IMG/VR virus record: IMGVR_UViG_2863231158_000001
DNA length: 64,000 bases
Direction: 5' to 3' (one strand)
From: a virus
Taxonomy: Duplodnaviria > Caudoviricetes
Part shown: positions 1-8,671 of the stretch, in pieces
How the letters are laid out: every line of letters starts with the position of its first letter
Numbering within the stretch: position 1 is the first letter of the stretch
Made by a program: the position numbers and the translations under genes
Notes under the pieces: generated by a model
What the model was told of the DNA's origin: nothing
The model's database searches: none
What the model saw: the letters and a program-made list of their open reading frames with translations, nothing else

Positions 1-27
1 GCCGAGGTCGGCGAGGGCGAGGGCACC

Positions 28-741
28 GTGGACGCGGAGGCCGCGGTGGCGGCGACCGGGGACCTGACGCTGCCGCTGCTGTATCCGCTGCTGATCGCTT
101 TCAACCGGATCGCCCGCGGCTTCTCCACGGCGTTGTCGATCCTGTCGGGGGCGGCGTTTCTGGAGATGGTGACCCGCAGCCTGATCGCGGACGCGGGCCG
201 CATCGCGGACATGGCCGGAATGATCGCCCGGCCGCGCGTCGTGTCCTACGTCCGCGTCGTGCACCTGCCCGCGTGCGCGCGCTGCATCATCCTCGCCGGA
301 CGCGAATACAGCCTCAGCGAAGGGTTCCTGCGGCATCCGCGGTGCGACTGCACCATGGCGCCGAAGCGGCCCGGCGACAGCTGGGTGCCGCTGCTTCCTG
401 AGGACCTGGCCGCGCAGATGACCGAGGGCCAGATGCGGCGCGCGTTCGGCGAGGCCGGCGCGCAGGCCATCGCCGACGGCGCGGACGTCGCGCAGGTCGT
501 CAACGCGCGGCGCGGCATGACCACGGCCACCCGCTACCGGCGCACCGTGCAGGCCACCACCGAAGGCACCACCCGCCGGGGCCTGTACGGGTCGCGGAGG
601 TCGAAGTTCGAGAAGGTCCCCGGCGCCCGGTACGCGCGCGCGAGCACGCCGCGGCTGATGCCGGAGGAGATCTACCGGCTGGCCGACGGCGACCGTGCGC
701 ACGCGATCCGCCTGCTGCGCCGCAACGGCTACCTCTTCTGA
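28..741 (+). CDS. Phage head morphogenesis/minor capsid protein (MuF-like), 5' part probably upstream of the window
   Basis: YVRVVHLPACARCIILAGR..GFLRHPRCDC Cys/His motif; precedes the scaffold; homologous to 34543..35523. Confidence 0.75.
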   Translation: MDAEAAVAATGDLTLPLLYPLLIAFNRIARGFSTALSILSGAAFLEMVTRSLIADAGRIADMAGMIARPRVVSYVRVVHLPACARCIILAGREYSLSEGFLRHPRCDCTMAPKRPGDSWVPLLPEDLAAQMTEGQMRRAFGEAGAQAIADGADVAQVVNARRGMTTATRYRRTVQATTEGTTRRGLYGSRRSKFEKVPGARYARASTPRLMPEEIYRLADGDRAHAIRLLRRNGYLF

Positions 742-788
742 CCTGGCGCAACGCCCGGTCCACACCGCACCCGCAACGGGAGATCAGC

Positions 789-1538
789 ATGCACGCACCC
801 CTGCCCACGCACCCGCGTACCGGCGCCCGCGCGCTGGGCTGGCGCAAGGCCCGCCCTGGCGAGGACGACGACGCCCTGTATCCGGTCTGGCCGATCCTCG
901 GCGGCGCCGAGGACGAGGACGGCCAGGACGACGACACGGACGACGACACGGACGAGGGCGCCGACGACGACGGTGGCCAGGACGACGACACGGCGGACGG
1001 AGGCGACCAGGACGACGCGGACCCCGAGGGCGCCGACCAGCTCGGCGACCGCGGCAAGCGGGCCCTGGCCGCGATGAAGGGCAAGTGGAAGTCCGAGCGC
1101 GACAAGCGCCGCGCGCTCGAGACCCGCATGGCCGAGCAGGGCCAGGACGACGACGCGGTCACCAAGGCGACCGCGGCCGCAACGGCCGCAGCCAACACGC
1201 GGATCCTCAAGGCCGAGGTCCGCGCCGCCGCCAAGGGCCGCCTGGCCGACCCCAAGGACGCGCTCACCTTCCTCGACCTCGAGCAGTTCGAGGTCGACGA
1301 GGACGGCGCGATCGACGAGGACGAGATCGCCGAGGCGATCGAGACCCTCCTGAAGAAGAAGCCCTATCTGGCCGCTCAGAGCGGCCGCCGGTTCCAGGGC
1401 ACCGGTGATGGCGGAGCAGCGCGCAAGGCGGGCCGTCCGAAGCAGCTCGGCGAGAAAGACCTCAAGAACATGAGCGCCGACGACATCGTCAAGGCCCAGG
1501 ACGCGGGCCAGCTCGACGACTACCTCGGCGCCGGATAA
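789..1538 (+). CDS. Capsid scaffolding protein
   Basis: Acidic low-complexity N-region, coiled coil, AEVRAAAKGRLADPKDAL motif; directly before the major capsid gene. Confidence 0.8.
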   Translation: MHAPLPTHPRTGARALGWRKARPGEDDDALYPVWPILGGAEDEDGQDDDTDDDTDEGADDDGGQDDDTADGGDQDDADPEGADQLGDRGKRALAAMKGKWKSERDKRRALETRMAEQGQDDDAVTKATAAATAAANTRILKAEVRAAAKGRLADPKDALTFLDLEQFEVDEDGAIDEDEIAEAIETLLKKKPYLAAQSGRRFQGTGDGGAARKAGRPKQLGEKDLKNMSADDIVKAQDAGQLDDYLGAG

Positions 1539-1553
1539 CCCAAGGAGGGCCCC

Positions 1554-2396
1554 GTGGCCATCACCCGCTTCAGGCCGGAGGTCTGGTCGGCGCGACTGCT
1601 CGTCGCCACCCGGACCCGGCTCGTCTACGCGCAGCCCGGCGTCGTCAACCGCGACTACGAGGGCGAGATCGCCGAGTCCGGCGACACCGTGCGCATCACA
1701 TCGATCTCGGACCCGACGATCGGCACGTACACCCCGAACTCGACGGTCATCACGCCCGAAGAGCTCACCGACGCGCAGCGCACGCTGCTGATCGACCAGT
1801 CGAAGTACTTCTCGTTCAAGGTCGACGACGTCGACAAGCGGCAGGCCAAGGGCACCGTCATGCCCGAGGCCATGAACCGCTCCGCCTACCAGCTGGCCCG
1901 CGTCGCCGACTCCTACGTGGCGAACCTGTACACGCAGACCGCGGTCGGCAACCAGCTCGGCACGGTGGCCGTCACCACGGCGGACCTGGCGTACACGCAG
2001 CTGCGCCTGCTGAAGCTGAAGATGGACGAGGCGGACATCCCCGAAGAGGGCCGCTACGTCGTCGGCCCGCCGTGGTTCTTCTCCCTGCTGCTGGAGTCTC
2101 CCAAGTTCCTGGACGCCTCCGCGTCCGGGACCACCGAGCCGCTGCGCAACGGCTTCATCGGCCGCACCCTCGGCTTCAACCTGGCGCAGTCCAACCAGGC
2201 CCCCAACCCCACCGGAGACGACTTCGTCGTCCAGGCCGGGGTGCCGGAAGCGATCTCCTACGCCGAGCAGATCAACAAGACCGAGGCCTACCGGCCCGAG
2301 TCGAGCTTCTCGGACGCCATCAAGGGCCTGCACCTGTACGGGGCCAAGGTGATCCGCCCCACCCACCTCGTCACGCTGCTCGCGTCGAAGACCTGA
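1554..2396 (+). CDS. Major capsid protein (P22 coat/HK97 fold)
   Basis: FRPEVWSARLL, NRDYEGEI..GDTVRI and DAIKGLHLYGAKVIRP motifs; AAGGAGG RBS. Confidence 0.9.
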   Translation: MAITRFRPEVWSARLLVATRTRLVYAQPGVVNRDYEGEIAESGDTVRITSISDPTIGTYTPNSTVITPEELTDAQRTLLIDQSKYFSFKVDDVDKRQAKGTVMPEAMNRSAYQLARVADSYVANLYTQTAVGNQLGTVAVTTADLAYTQLRLLKLKMDEADIPEEGRYVVGPPWFFSLLLESPKFLDASASGTTEPLRNGFIGRTLGFNLAQSNQAPNPTGDDFVVQAGVPEAISYAEQINKTEAYRPESSFSDAIKGLHLYGAKVIRPTHLVTLLASKT

Positions 2397-2411
2397 TAGG
2401 AGCCCGCCACC

Positions 2412-2780
2412 ATGGCACGTACCGCTGTCCCGTACAGCAACCTCGTTCCGAACGGCAACCTGGCGCAGCCCGCGGGCACCGCCCTGGACGCCACCAACGA
2501 CCACGTCATCAACAACGCGGTGCCCGAGCTCACGGTGCTGCGGGTGACCAACACGGACGGCTCGCCGCACACCGTGACGGTCAAGGCCGGGGACAACCCG
2601 CCCGCGCTCGCGGCCGGGCAGGGCGACCTGACCGTGTCCGTCGCCGCGACGACCGGCGTGCAGCTGATCGGCCCCTTCGAGTCCGGCCGTTTCCTCCAGG
2701 CCAACGGCACGATGGAGATCGACATCGAGGCCTCCCACGCCGGAACGATCACCGCGCTGCGCGTCCCGAGGAACACCTGA
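2412..2780 (+). CDS. Small beta-rich virion protein (possible capsid decoration)
   Basis: Follows the capsid gene with an AGGAG RBS; resembles 4061..4387. Confidence 0.6.
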   Translation: MARTAVPYSNLVPNGNLAQPAGTALDATNDHVINNAVPELTVLRVTNTDGSPHTVTVKAGDNPPALAAGQGDLTVSVAATTGVQLIGPFESGRFLQANGTMEIDIEASHAGTITALRVPRNT

Positions 2781-2781
2781 C

Positions 2782-3111
2782 ATGGCAGAGACGATCTATC
2801 TGCGCGGCGAAGGCGGCGGCATCCACGCCATGGATCTGCCCCTGCACGAGTCGATTCAGCAGCGCCTGGAGCGCGGGCAGCTGCGCCGCGTCAACGCCGA
2901 CGGCAGCCCGCTGGCCGCCGAACAGGCGCCCGCAGGCCCGGCGGACGACAGCACCCCGGACGCCGACCCCGCCGCCCCGTCCGGGCGGCCGCCGGTCAAC
3001 GCGCCCAAGGCGGACTGGATCTCCTACATCGTCGCCCAGGGGCAGCTGTCCTTCGACGACGCCGCGAACCTGACCAAGGCCGACCTGATCGACCTCGCGG
3101 ATGCGAGCTGA
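2782..3111 (+). CDS. Phage hypothetical protein with short C-terminal helical module
   Basis: Coupled to the previous gene; C-terminal PPVNAPKADWISY..AANLTKADLI. Confidence 0.6.
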   Translation: MAETIYLRGEGGGIHAMDLPLHESIQQRLERGQLRRVNADGSPLAAEQAPAGPADDSTPDADPAAPSGRPPVNAPKADWISYIVAQGQLSFDDAANLTKADLIDLADAS

Positions 3112-3123
3112 GGGGAGGCCGCC

Positions 3124-3720
3124 GTGGCACTCGCCCCGCTGGCGACGGTGGCCGACCTGGAGGCCCGCGGCCTGGCCATCGCAGCTGAAGAGGTCGCCGT
3201 CGTCGGTGTCTACCTCGAGGAGGCCTCGGCCGCCGTCCGGGAGGCCGCCGGGGTGCCCATCAGCCAGACGACGTCGACGCTCACCCTGGAGGGCCCGGAC
3301 GACTCGCAGTGGCTGCACCTGCCCGGACCCCCGATCCAGGCGGTGGCGTCGGTCGCGATCGACGGGCAGACGGTCACCGACTGGAAGCTGACCGCGCACA
3401 AGCTGTGGCGTGCGAACGGCTGGCGCACCGGCTGCGAGCCGTCCGACGTCGAGGTGGTGCAGACCCACGGCCTGCCCACCGTGCCGGCGGACCTCGTCGG
3501 CCTGGTGTGCCGGATCGCTGCCGCGGTCCTGGTCCACCAGCGGGCGCAGCCCGACGGCGAGGGCCTCGCAGCGAAGGACATCAGGTCTGAGCGGATCGGG
3601 GACTACTCCGTGACCTACGGCGACAGCGGCCGCATCACCGACATCGAGCTGCCCGACTACCTGCGCGAGCAGCTCGCCGCCCGCTTCGGCGGCGGGGCCA
3701 CGCTGGTGAGGTCCCGGTGA
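3124..3720 (+). CDS. Head-tail connector/adaptor
   Basis: LATVADLEAR start, SERIGDYSVTY motif, gene position. Confidence 0.8.
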   Translation: MALAPLATVADLEARGLAIAAEEVAVVGVYLEEASAAVREAAGVPISQTTSTLTLEGPDDSQWLHLPGPPIQAVASVAIDGQTVTDWKLTAHKLWRANGWRTGCEPSDVEVVQTHGLPTVPADLVGLVCRIAAAVLVHQRAQPDGEGLAAKDIRSERIGDYSVTYGDSGRITDIELPDYLREQLAARFGGGATLVRSR

Positions 3721-4049
3721 GCCGCGTCGGGCACCTGCTGAACGGCCGCGTGGAAGTGTGGCGGCCGGTCACCGCCGACGACGGGGGCGGCGGGCAGGAC
3801 ACCACCTGGGTCCTCCAGGCCACGCTGCGGGCCCGCCTGGCGCAGCCCTCGGCGCGCGAGCGCCAGGCCGCCGACCAGGCCGAGGCCGACCTGACGCACA
3901 TCGTCTACCTGACGCCGGGCGCGGACGTGCGCCGCGGCGACGAACTCCGCACGACGGCGGCCGTCGTGCTGGAGGTGACGGCTGTCTTCGAGCCGTCGGC
4001 GCCCGGCACCTATCTGAGGGCGGACTGCACCGCCCGCCAGCACGAATAG
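3717..4049 (+). CDS. Head-tail joining (head closure) protein
   Basis: DDGGGGQ and ADVRRGDEL motifs; GTGA overlap with the previous gene. Confidence 0.75.
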   Translation: MSRVGHLLNGRVEVWRPVTADDGGGGQDTTWVLQATLRARLAQPSARERQAADQAEADLTHIVYLTPGADVRRGDELRTTAAVVLEVTAVFEPSAPGTYLRADCTARQHE

Positions 4050-4060
4050 AGGAGTTCCTC

Positions 4061-4387
4061 ATGGCCGTCCTGTCCGCGCAGTCCGTCGCCCTCGGCGGCC
4101 TGCAGCCCACCTACGCCAACGCCGCGGGCGGCGGCGACCAGGCGCCCACCGGCGAGAAGCTGGTCCTGCACGTCCGCAACGACGACGCCTCCTCCAAGAC
4201 CGTCACGCTCACCACCCCGGGCACGGTCGGCGGCCTGGCCATCGCGGACGCCGCGCAGACCATTCCGGCGGGCGGGGACGCGTTCATCCCGCTGAAGCCG
4301 ACGTACCGGGACCCGGCGACCGGGCGGGCCTCCATCACCTACAGCGCCGCCACGTCCGTCACCGTGGCCGTCCTGCAGCTGCCCTGA
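4061..4387 (+). CDS. Small beta-rich virion protein, paralog of 2412..2780
   Basis: ATG after GAGGAG RBS within ORF 3758..4387; LVLHVRNDDASSKTVTLTT resembles LTVLRVTNTDGSPHTVTVKA. Confidence 0.65.
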   Translation: MAVLSAQSVALGGLQPTYANAAGGGDQAPTGEKLVLHVRNDDASSKTVTLTTPGTVGGLAIADAAQTIPAGGDAFIPLKPTYRDPATGRASITYSAATSVTVAVLQLP

Positions 4388-4761
4388 TGGCCCGCCGCGC
4401 ACGCCTGGAGGGCCTTGGCCGCGCGCTCGCCGCTATCGCGCGCGTGCCCGAAGCGATGCGCGAGGCCCGCACCGAGACGCTGCACGAGTGGGCGGAGAAC
4501 GTGCAGGACACCGCCGAGGACCGTGTTCCGCGCCGCACTGGCAACCTGTGGCAGTCCCTGGACCACCGCGTCTCCGAGCAGTACGGGCGGGCCGAGGTCG
4601 GCGTGTGGGAGCCCGACCAGCTCGAGTACGCGTACTACGTGGAGAAGGGCACCAGCTCCATGACCGATCAGCCCTACCTGGTTCCCGCGTTCAACGAACA
4701 CCGCCGCCAAGTGGTGCGCACCTACCGGGCCGCCGTCCGCCGACGCCTGGGAGGCGAGTGA
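4387..4761 (+). CDS. HK97 gp10-like tail component
   Basis: VPRRTGNLWQSL and YAYYVEKGTSSMTDQPYLVPAF motifs. Confidence 0.85.
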   Translation: MARRARLEGLGRALAAIARVPEAMREARTETLHEWAENVQDTAEDRVPRRTGNLWQSLDHRVSEQYGRAEVGVWEPDQLEYAYYVEKGTSSMTDQPYLVPAFNEHRRQVVRTYRAAVRRRLGGE

Positions 4762-4958
4762 TCATGGCTGCCCCTGTGACAGTGTCCTTGCCCGTCTTCA
4801 TCCGCGTCGGCGACGGAGCAGAGGTGCAGGCGGGCACCATCACCGCAGACTCGGCGACCGGCATGCAGCTCGGCCAAGTTGATCTCCTGCGCGCCGTCGC
4901 AGACGAGATCCAGCGCCTGATCGCTGACCGGCCAGCGGACGAGGGACAGAGCGGGTGA
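4758..4958 (+). CDS. Small hypothetical phage protein
   Basis: GTG overlaps the upstream stop, GGAGG RBS; fills the gap in the operon. Confidence 0.55.
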   Translation: MIMAAPVTVSLPVFIRVGDGAEVQAGTITADSATGMQLGQVDLLRAVADEIQRLIADRPADEGQSG

Positions 4959-5356
4959 CGTCCGCGCTGTGGCCGCTCCAGACGGCCGTGTACGCCAAGC
5001 TGACCGGCCACGTCCCGCTCATGGCCCTCGTGTCGGGCGTGTACGACGAGGTGCCCGAGCAGGCCGCGCACCCCTACGTGTCGCTCGGCTCGATCACGGA
5101 GAGCGTCGACGACGCCCACAATCAGCGCGGTCTGGAGGCTGCCGTGGTGCTGCACGTGTGGTCGAAGTACCGCGGCTTCCGCGAGGCCGCGGCCATCCTC
5201 GCCGCCCTCGATGCCGCGCTGGACCGGCAGCCGCTGACCGTCTCCGGCTACCGGGACGTGTCCATCGCGCACGACCAGCACCAGCAGTTGCGCGACCCTG
5301 ACCCCCAGATCAGGCACATCAACGTGTCGTACCGGGTCTGGCTCACCAAGATCTGA
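4955..5356 (+). CDS. Tail terminator (DUF3168-like)
   Basis: LQTAVYAKL..VYDEVP..PYVSLG..LHVWS pattern; precedes the tail tube gene. Confidence 0.8.
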   Translation: MTSALWPLQTAVYAKLTGHVPLMALVSGVYDEVPEQAAHPYVSLGSITESVDDAHNQRGLEAAVVLHVWSKYRGFREAAAILAALDAALDRQPLTVSGYRDVSIAHDQHQQLRDPDPQIRHINVSYRVWLTKI

Positions 5357-5368
5357 CAGGAGGAAGCC

Positions 5369-5791
5369 ATGGCTGGACTCGACGCGTTCGGGACGCAGCT
5401 TCAGCGCGGCGACGGCGCCACCCCGACCGAGACGTTCTCGCCGATCGCGAACGTCACCGACATCACCCCGCCCGGCGTCGAGCGGGAAACCTACGACGTC
5501 ACTGCCCACGATTCCCCGGAGGCGTGGCGGGAGTTCATCGGCGGCCTGAAGGACGGCGGCGAGGTCGAGATCGAAGTGAACTACGACCCGCGCGAGCACG
5601 ACAGCCTGTTCGCCGACTTCTCCGACGCGCTGCCCCGCTCCTACAAGGTCGTCTGGCCGGGCACGCTCGGCTCGTGGGCGTTCGCGGCGATCCTGACGAA
5701 CTTCGAGCCGGAGGCGCCGCACGACGACAAGCTCGCCGCGTCCCTGACGTTCAAGGTGTCCGGCAAGCCGGCCATCACCACGGGGGCCTGA
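5369..5791 (+). CDS. Major tail tube protein
   Basis: DVTAHDS..WREFIGGLKDGGEV and KVSGKP motifs; AGGAGG RBS. Confidence 0.88.
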   Translation: MAGLDAFGTQLQRGDGATPTETFSPIANVTDITPPGVERETYDVTAHDSPEAWREFIGGLKDGGEVEIEVNYDPREHDSLFADFSDALPRSYKVVWPGTLGSWAFAAILTNFEPEAPHDDKLAASLTFKVSGKPAITTGA

Positions 5792-5793
5792 GC

Positions 5794-6159
5794 ATGGGAT
5801 ACCTGTCCGCAGAACAGATCCTCGGCGCCGACGACCTCGCGTATGAGGACGTCGAAGTGCCGGAGTGGGGCGGCACGGTGCGGGTGCGGGAGATGCCCGG
5901 CACCGAGCGCGACAAGTTCGAGTCCCACTTCGTCGGCAAGGACGGCGCCTCGGTGCGCATGGAGGGCCTGGAGGGGTTCCGGGCCCGGCTCGCCGCCGCG
6001 ACGATCGTCGACGAGCACGGTAAGCAGATGTTCCGCTCGGCGGCCGAAGTGAAGCGGCTCGGCGAGAAGAACGCGGCCGCCCTCCAGCGGGTATGCGACG
6101 CCGCGATGCGGCTGTCGAAGATGAGCGAGGCCGACGTCAAGGAGCTCGCGGGAAACTGA
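5794..6159 (+). CDS. Tail assembly chaperone (gpG-like)
   Basis: VEVPEWGGTVRVR motif; lies between tail tube and tape measure; ends GN-stop. Confidence 0.85.
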   Translation: MGYLSAEQILGADDLAYEDVEVPEWGGTVRVREMPGTERDKFESHFVGKDGASVRMEGLEGFRARLAAATIVDEHGKQMFRSAAEVKRLGEKNAAALQRVCDAAMRLSKMSEADVKELAGN

Positions 6160-6503
6160 GGGCGCGGCCACAGCGGGCCTTCTACTTCCGCTTGGCCGCG
6201 CACCTCGGCGCCCGCTCCGTGCGCCACATGCTCGCCGACATCGGGGCGGCCGAGCTCGCCGAGTGGCGCGCGTATGAGGAGATCAGCGGCCCTCTCGGCG
6301 GAGCCCGCGGCGACTACAACGCGGCTGTGGTCGCCGCCGCGATCGTCGCGGTGAACCGCGGCAAGAACCAGAAGGCCCCGCCGCTGGGGGACTTCATCCC
6401 CCGCTGGGACCGCACGAGGATCCGCAAGACGCCCGAGGAGCTGTTCCAGAAGGCCATGGCCGCGAACACCGCCCTCGGCGGGCAGGTGATCACCCACAAC
6501 TGA
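6150..6503 (+). CDS. Tail assembly chaperone gpT part, reached by -1 programmed frameshift
   Basis: Slippery heptamer G GGA AAC at 6150-6156 just before the stop; the -1 frame (ORF 6093..6503) continues ..ELAEWRAYEEISGPLG. Confidence 0.8.
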   Translation, partial: GKLRARPQRAFYFRLAAHLGARSVRHMLADIGAAELAEWRAYEEISGPLGGARGDYNAAVVAAAIVAVNRGKNQKAPPLGDFIPRWDRTRIRKTPEELFQKAMAANTALGGQVITHN

Positions 6504-6527
6504 ACAACGGCGAGGGGGTGATGGCCG

Positions 6528-8660
6528 GTGGCCACCCTCGCCTCGATGACCGTCCGTCTCGGCATCGACACCGACGCGCTGAGCGCCGACGCCGAGAAGG
6601 CCAAGAAGGTCCTGACCAATATCGGCAAGGCCGTCGGCGGCCTGGCCGGTGCCCCCGCCGCGGCCGCGATCGTCGCGGGGGTAGGCGGCATGGCTGCCGC
6701 GTTCGCCACTGCGGGCATCGCGGCCAAGGCCTTTCAGCTGGCTGTGGGCCCGCAGATGGAGGCCGTGGCCGAGGCCGCCACGCTCGCCGAGGAAGCCGAG
6801 AAGGCGGCCGCCGCCGGGGCGGAGGACGCCGCCGAGAAACAGAAGGCCTACACCGACGCCCTCGCGGCCATGCCCCCGCACACGCGCGCGATGGCCAAGG
6901 AGTTCATCGGCCTCAAGAAGGACTACTCGGCCTGGTCCGACAGCCTCTCCTCGAGCACCATGCCGGTGTTCACCAAGGGCCTCCAGGTCGCCCGGCGCCT
7001 GCTGCCGCTGCTCACCCCCTTCGTCAAGGAAGCGTCCAAGGCCTTCGGGGAGTTCGTCGACGAGATCGACCGCGGCACCCGCGGCAAGGGCCTGGAGACG
7101 GTCGCCGCGTCCCTCGCGAAGATCGCCGGACGCAACCTCAAGAGCCTGCTGACCGGGCTGAAGAACATCGCGGTCGGCATCGCCGGAGTGATCAAGGCGT
7201 TCATCCCCCTCTCCGACGAGATGAGCGGCGGCTTCGAGGAATCCACGGCCGCGTTCGCCAAGTGGGGGCAGGGCCTCGGCCAGTCGCAGGGCTTCGCCGA
7301 TTTCATGACGATGGTCCGCCAGGGAGCACAGACCCTCAGCGTCCTTGCCCAGGCCGCGGTGCGCCTGCTCATCGCGCTCGCGCCGCTCATCGGTGTCACG
7401 GCGGCCATCGCCATGGGGCTTTCGAGCATCATCGAAGCTCTCCCGCCCTCGGTGATCTCGGCGCTGGCCGGAGCCATCCTGACCGCCGTCGTCGCGTTCA
7501 AGGCGTACAAGGCCGTCTCCTCCACGGTGGATGCGGCCAACGACCTGATGAACTCCCGCCTCGGCCAGCTCGCGCGCGGCTGGGTGCGCACGGCGGCCAC
7601 CAGCGTCGCCGCGCAGGGCCGCATCGCCGCGCGCGCCGTCGTCACCGCGGCCCGCACCGCGGCCGCGTGGGCGATGGCGGCAGCGCGGGCGACGGCGACG
7701 TGGCTGGTCACGATCATCCGCGTGGCCGCGTTGACCATCGCCCGCTTCGCCATGATGGCGGCGCGCGCCATCGCGTGGGCTGCGGTCATGGCCGCGCAGT
7801 GGCTGATCGCCATGGGTCCGATCGGCTGGGTGATCGCCGCTGTGATCGCCCTCGTTGCGCTGGTCATCGCCAACTGGGACAAGGTCAAGGCCTGGACGCT
7901 CGTTGCCTGGACGGCCGTGCGCACGGCTGTTGCCGCCGCCGTTCAGGGTGTCCTGGCCGCCGTCGCCTGGCTCGGCCAGGTGCCCGGCATGATCCTGGGC
8001 TGGTTCACCAGCGCCAAGGACTTCGCGATCGCCGCCATGGTCGCGCTCGTCGCCTGGCTGGCCGGGCTTCCCGGCCGCGTCCGCTCCGCGATCGCGGGTC
8101 TCCTCGGTGTTCTGCGCTCGGCAGCCACAGCTGGTTTCAACGCCTTCCGCGCCGCCGCGGCCGCGCGGGTGTCCTCGTTCCTCGGCTGGATCCGCGGCCT
8201 GCCCGGCCGCATCTCCTCCGCGATCGGCTCTCTGAAGAGCCTCCTCATGGGCAAGGGCAAGGACCTGGTGCGCGGCCTGATGGCTGGCGTGCGCTCGATG
8301 GGCGGCTGGCTCAAGTCGAGCCTGATGTCTTTCGCCAAGTCGATCATCCCGGGGCCGATCGCCAAGGCCCTGAACATCGGCTCGCCGTCGCGGCTCATGG
8401 CCGACGAGATCGGCCGGTGGATCCCGCCCGGCATCGCCATGGGCGCCGAGGCCGCCGCCCCCGCCATGAACAAGTCCCTGGCCGGGCTCGTCGACGTGCC
8501 CGGCCTCACCACCGTGTCCCGGCCCGGCGCCGCTGGAGCCGCCCGCCAGGCCGTCGACGTCCGCATCACCGTCGACGGGCCCGAGGCCGTCAAGCGCCTC
8601 ATCCGCTCCATCGTCGCCGCCGACGGCCGCGGCTCCGTCCAGACAGCCTTCGGCAAGTAA
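6528..8660 (+). CDS. Tape measure protein
   Basis: Ala-rich helical 710 aa, GPIGWVIAAV..ANWDKVK repeat, C-terminal SPSRLMADEIG. Confidence 0.9.
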   Translation: MATLASMTVRLGIDTDALSADAEKAKKVLTNIGKAVGGLAGAPAAAAIVAGVGGMAAAFATAGIAAKAFQLAVGPQMEAVAEAATLAEEAEKAAAAGAEDAAEKQKAYTDALAAMPPHTRAMAKEFIGLKKDYSAWSDSLSSSTMPVFTKGLQVARRLLPLLTPFVKEASKAFGEFVDEIDRGTRGKGLETVAASLAKIAGRNLKSLLTGLKNIAVGIAGVIKAFIPLSDEMSGGFEESTAAFAKWGQGLGQSQGFADFMTMVRQGAQTLSVLAQAAVRLLIALAPLIGVTAAIAMGLSSIIEALPPSVISALAGAILTAVVAFKAYKAVSSTVDAANDLMNSRLGQLARGWVRTAATSVAAQGRIAARAVVTAARTAAAWAMAAARATATWLVTIIRVAALTIARFAMMAARAIAWAAVMAAQWLIAMGPIGWVIAAVIALVALVIANWDKVKAWTLVAWTAVRTAVAAAVQGVLAAVAWLGQVPGMILGWFTSAKDFAIAAMVALVAWLAGLPGRVRSAIAGLLGVLRSAATAGFNAFRAAAAARVSSFLGWIRGLPGRISSAIGSLKSLLMGKGKDLVRGLMAGVRSMGGWLKSSLMSFAKSIIPGPIAKALNIGSPSRLMADEIGRWIPPGIAMGAEAAAPAMNKSLAGLVDVPGLTTVSRPGAAGAARQAVDVRITVDGPEAVKRLIRSIVAADGRGSVQTAFGK

Positions 8661-8671
8661 GGAGGCGCCGC

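Noticed and set aside
6150-6156. Tail chaperone frameshifts (also 40419-40425) as novel recoding or pseudogenes
   Set aside because: Well-known conserved gpG/gpGT -1 frameshift of long-tailed phages.
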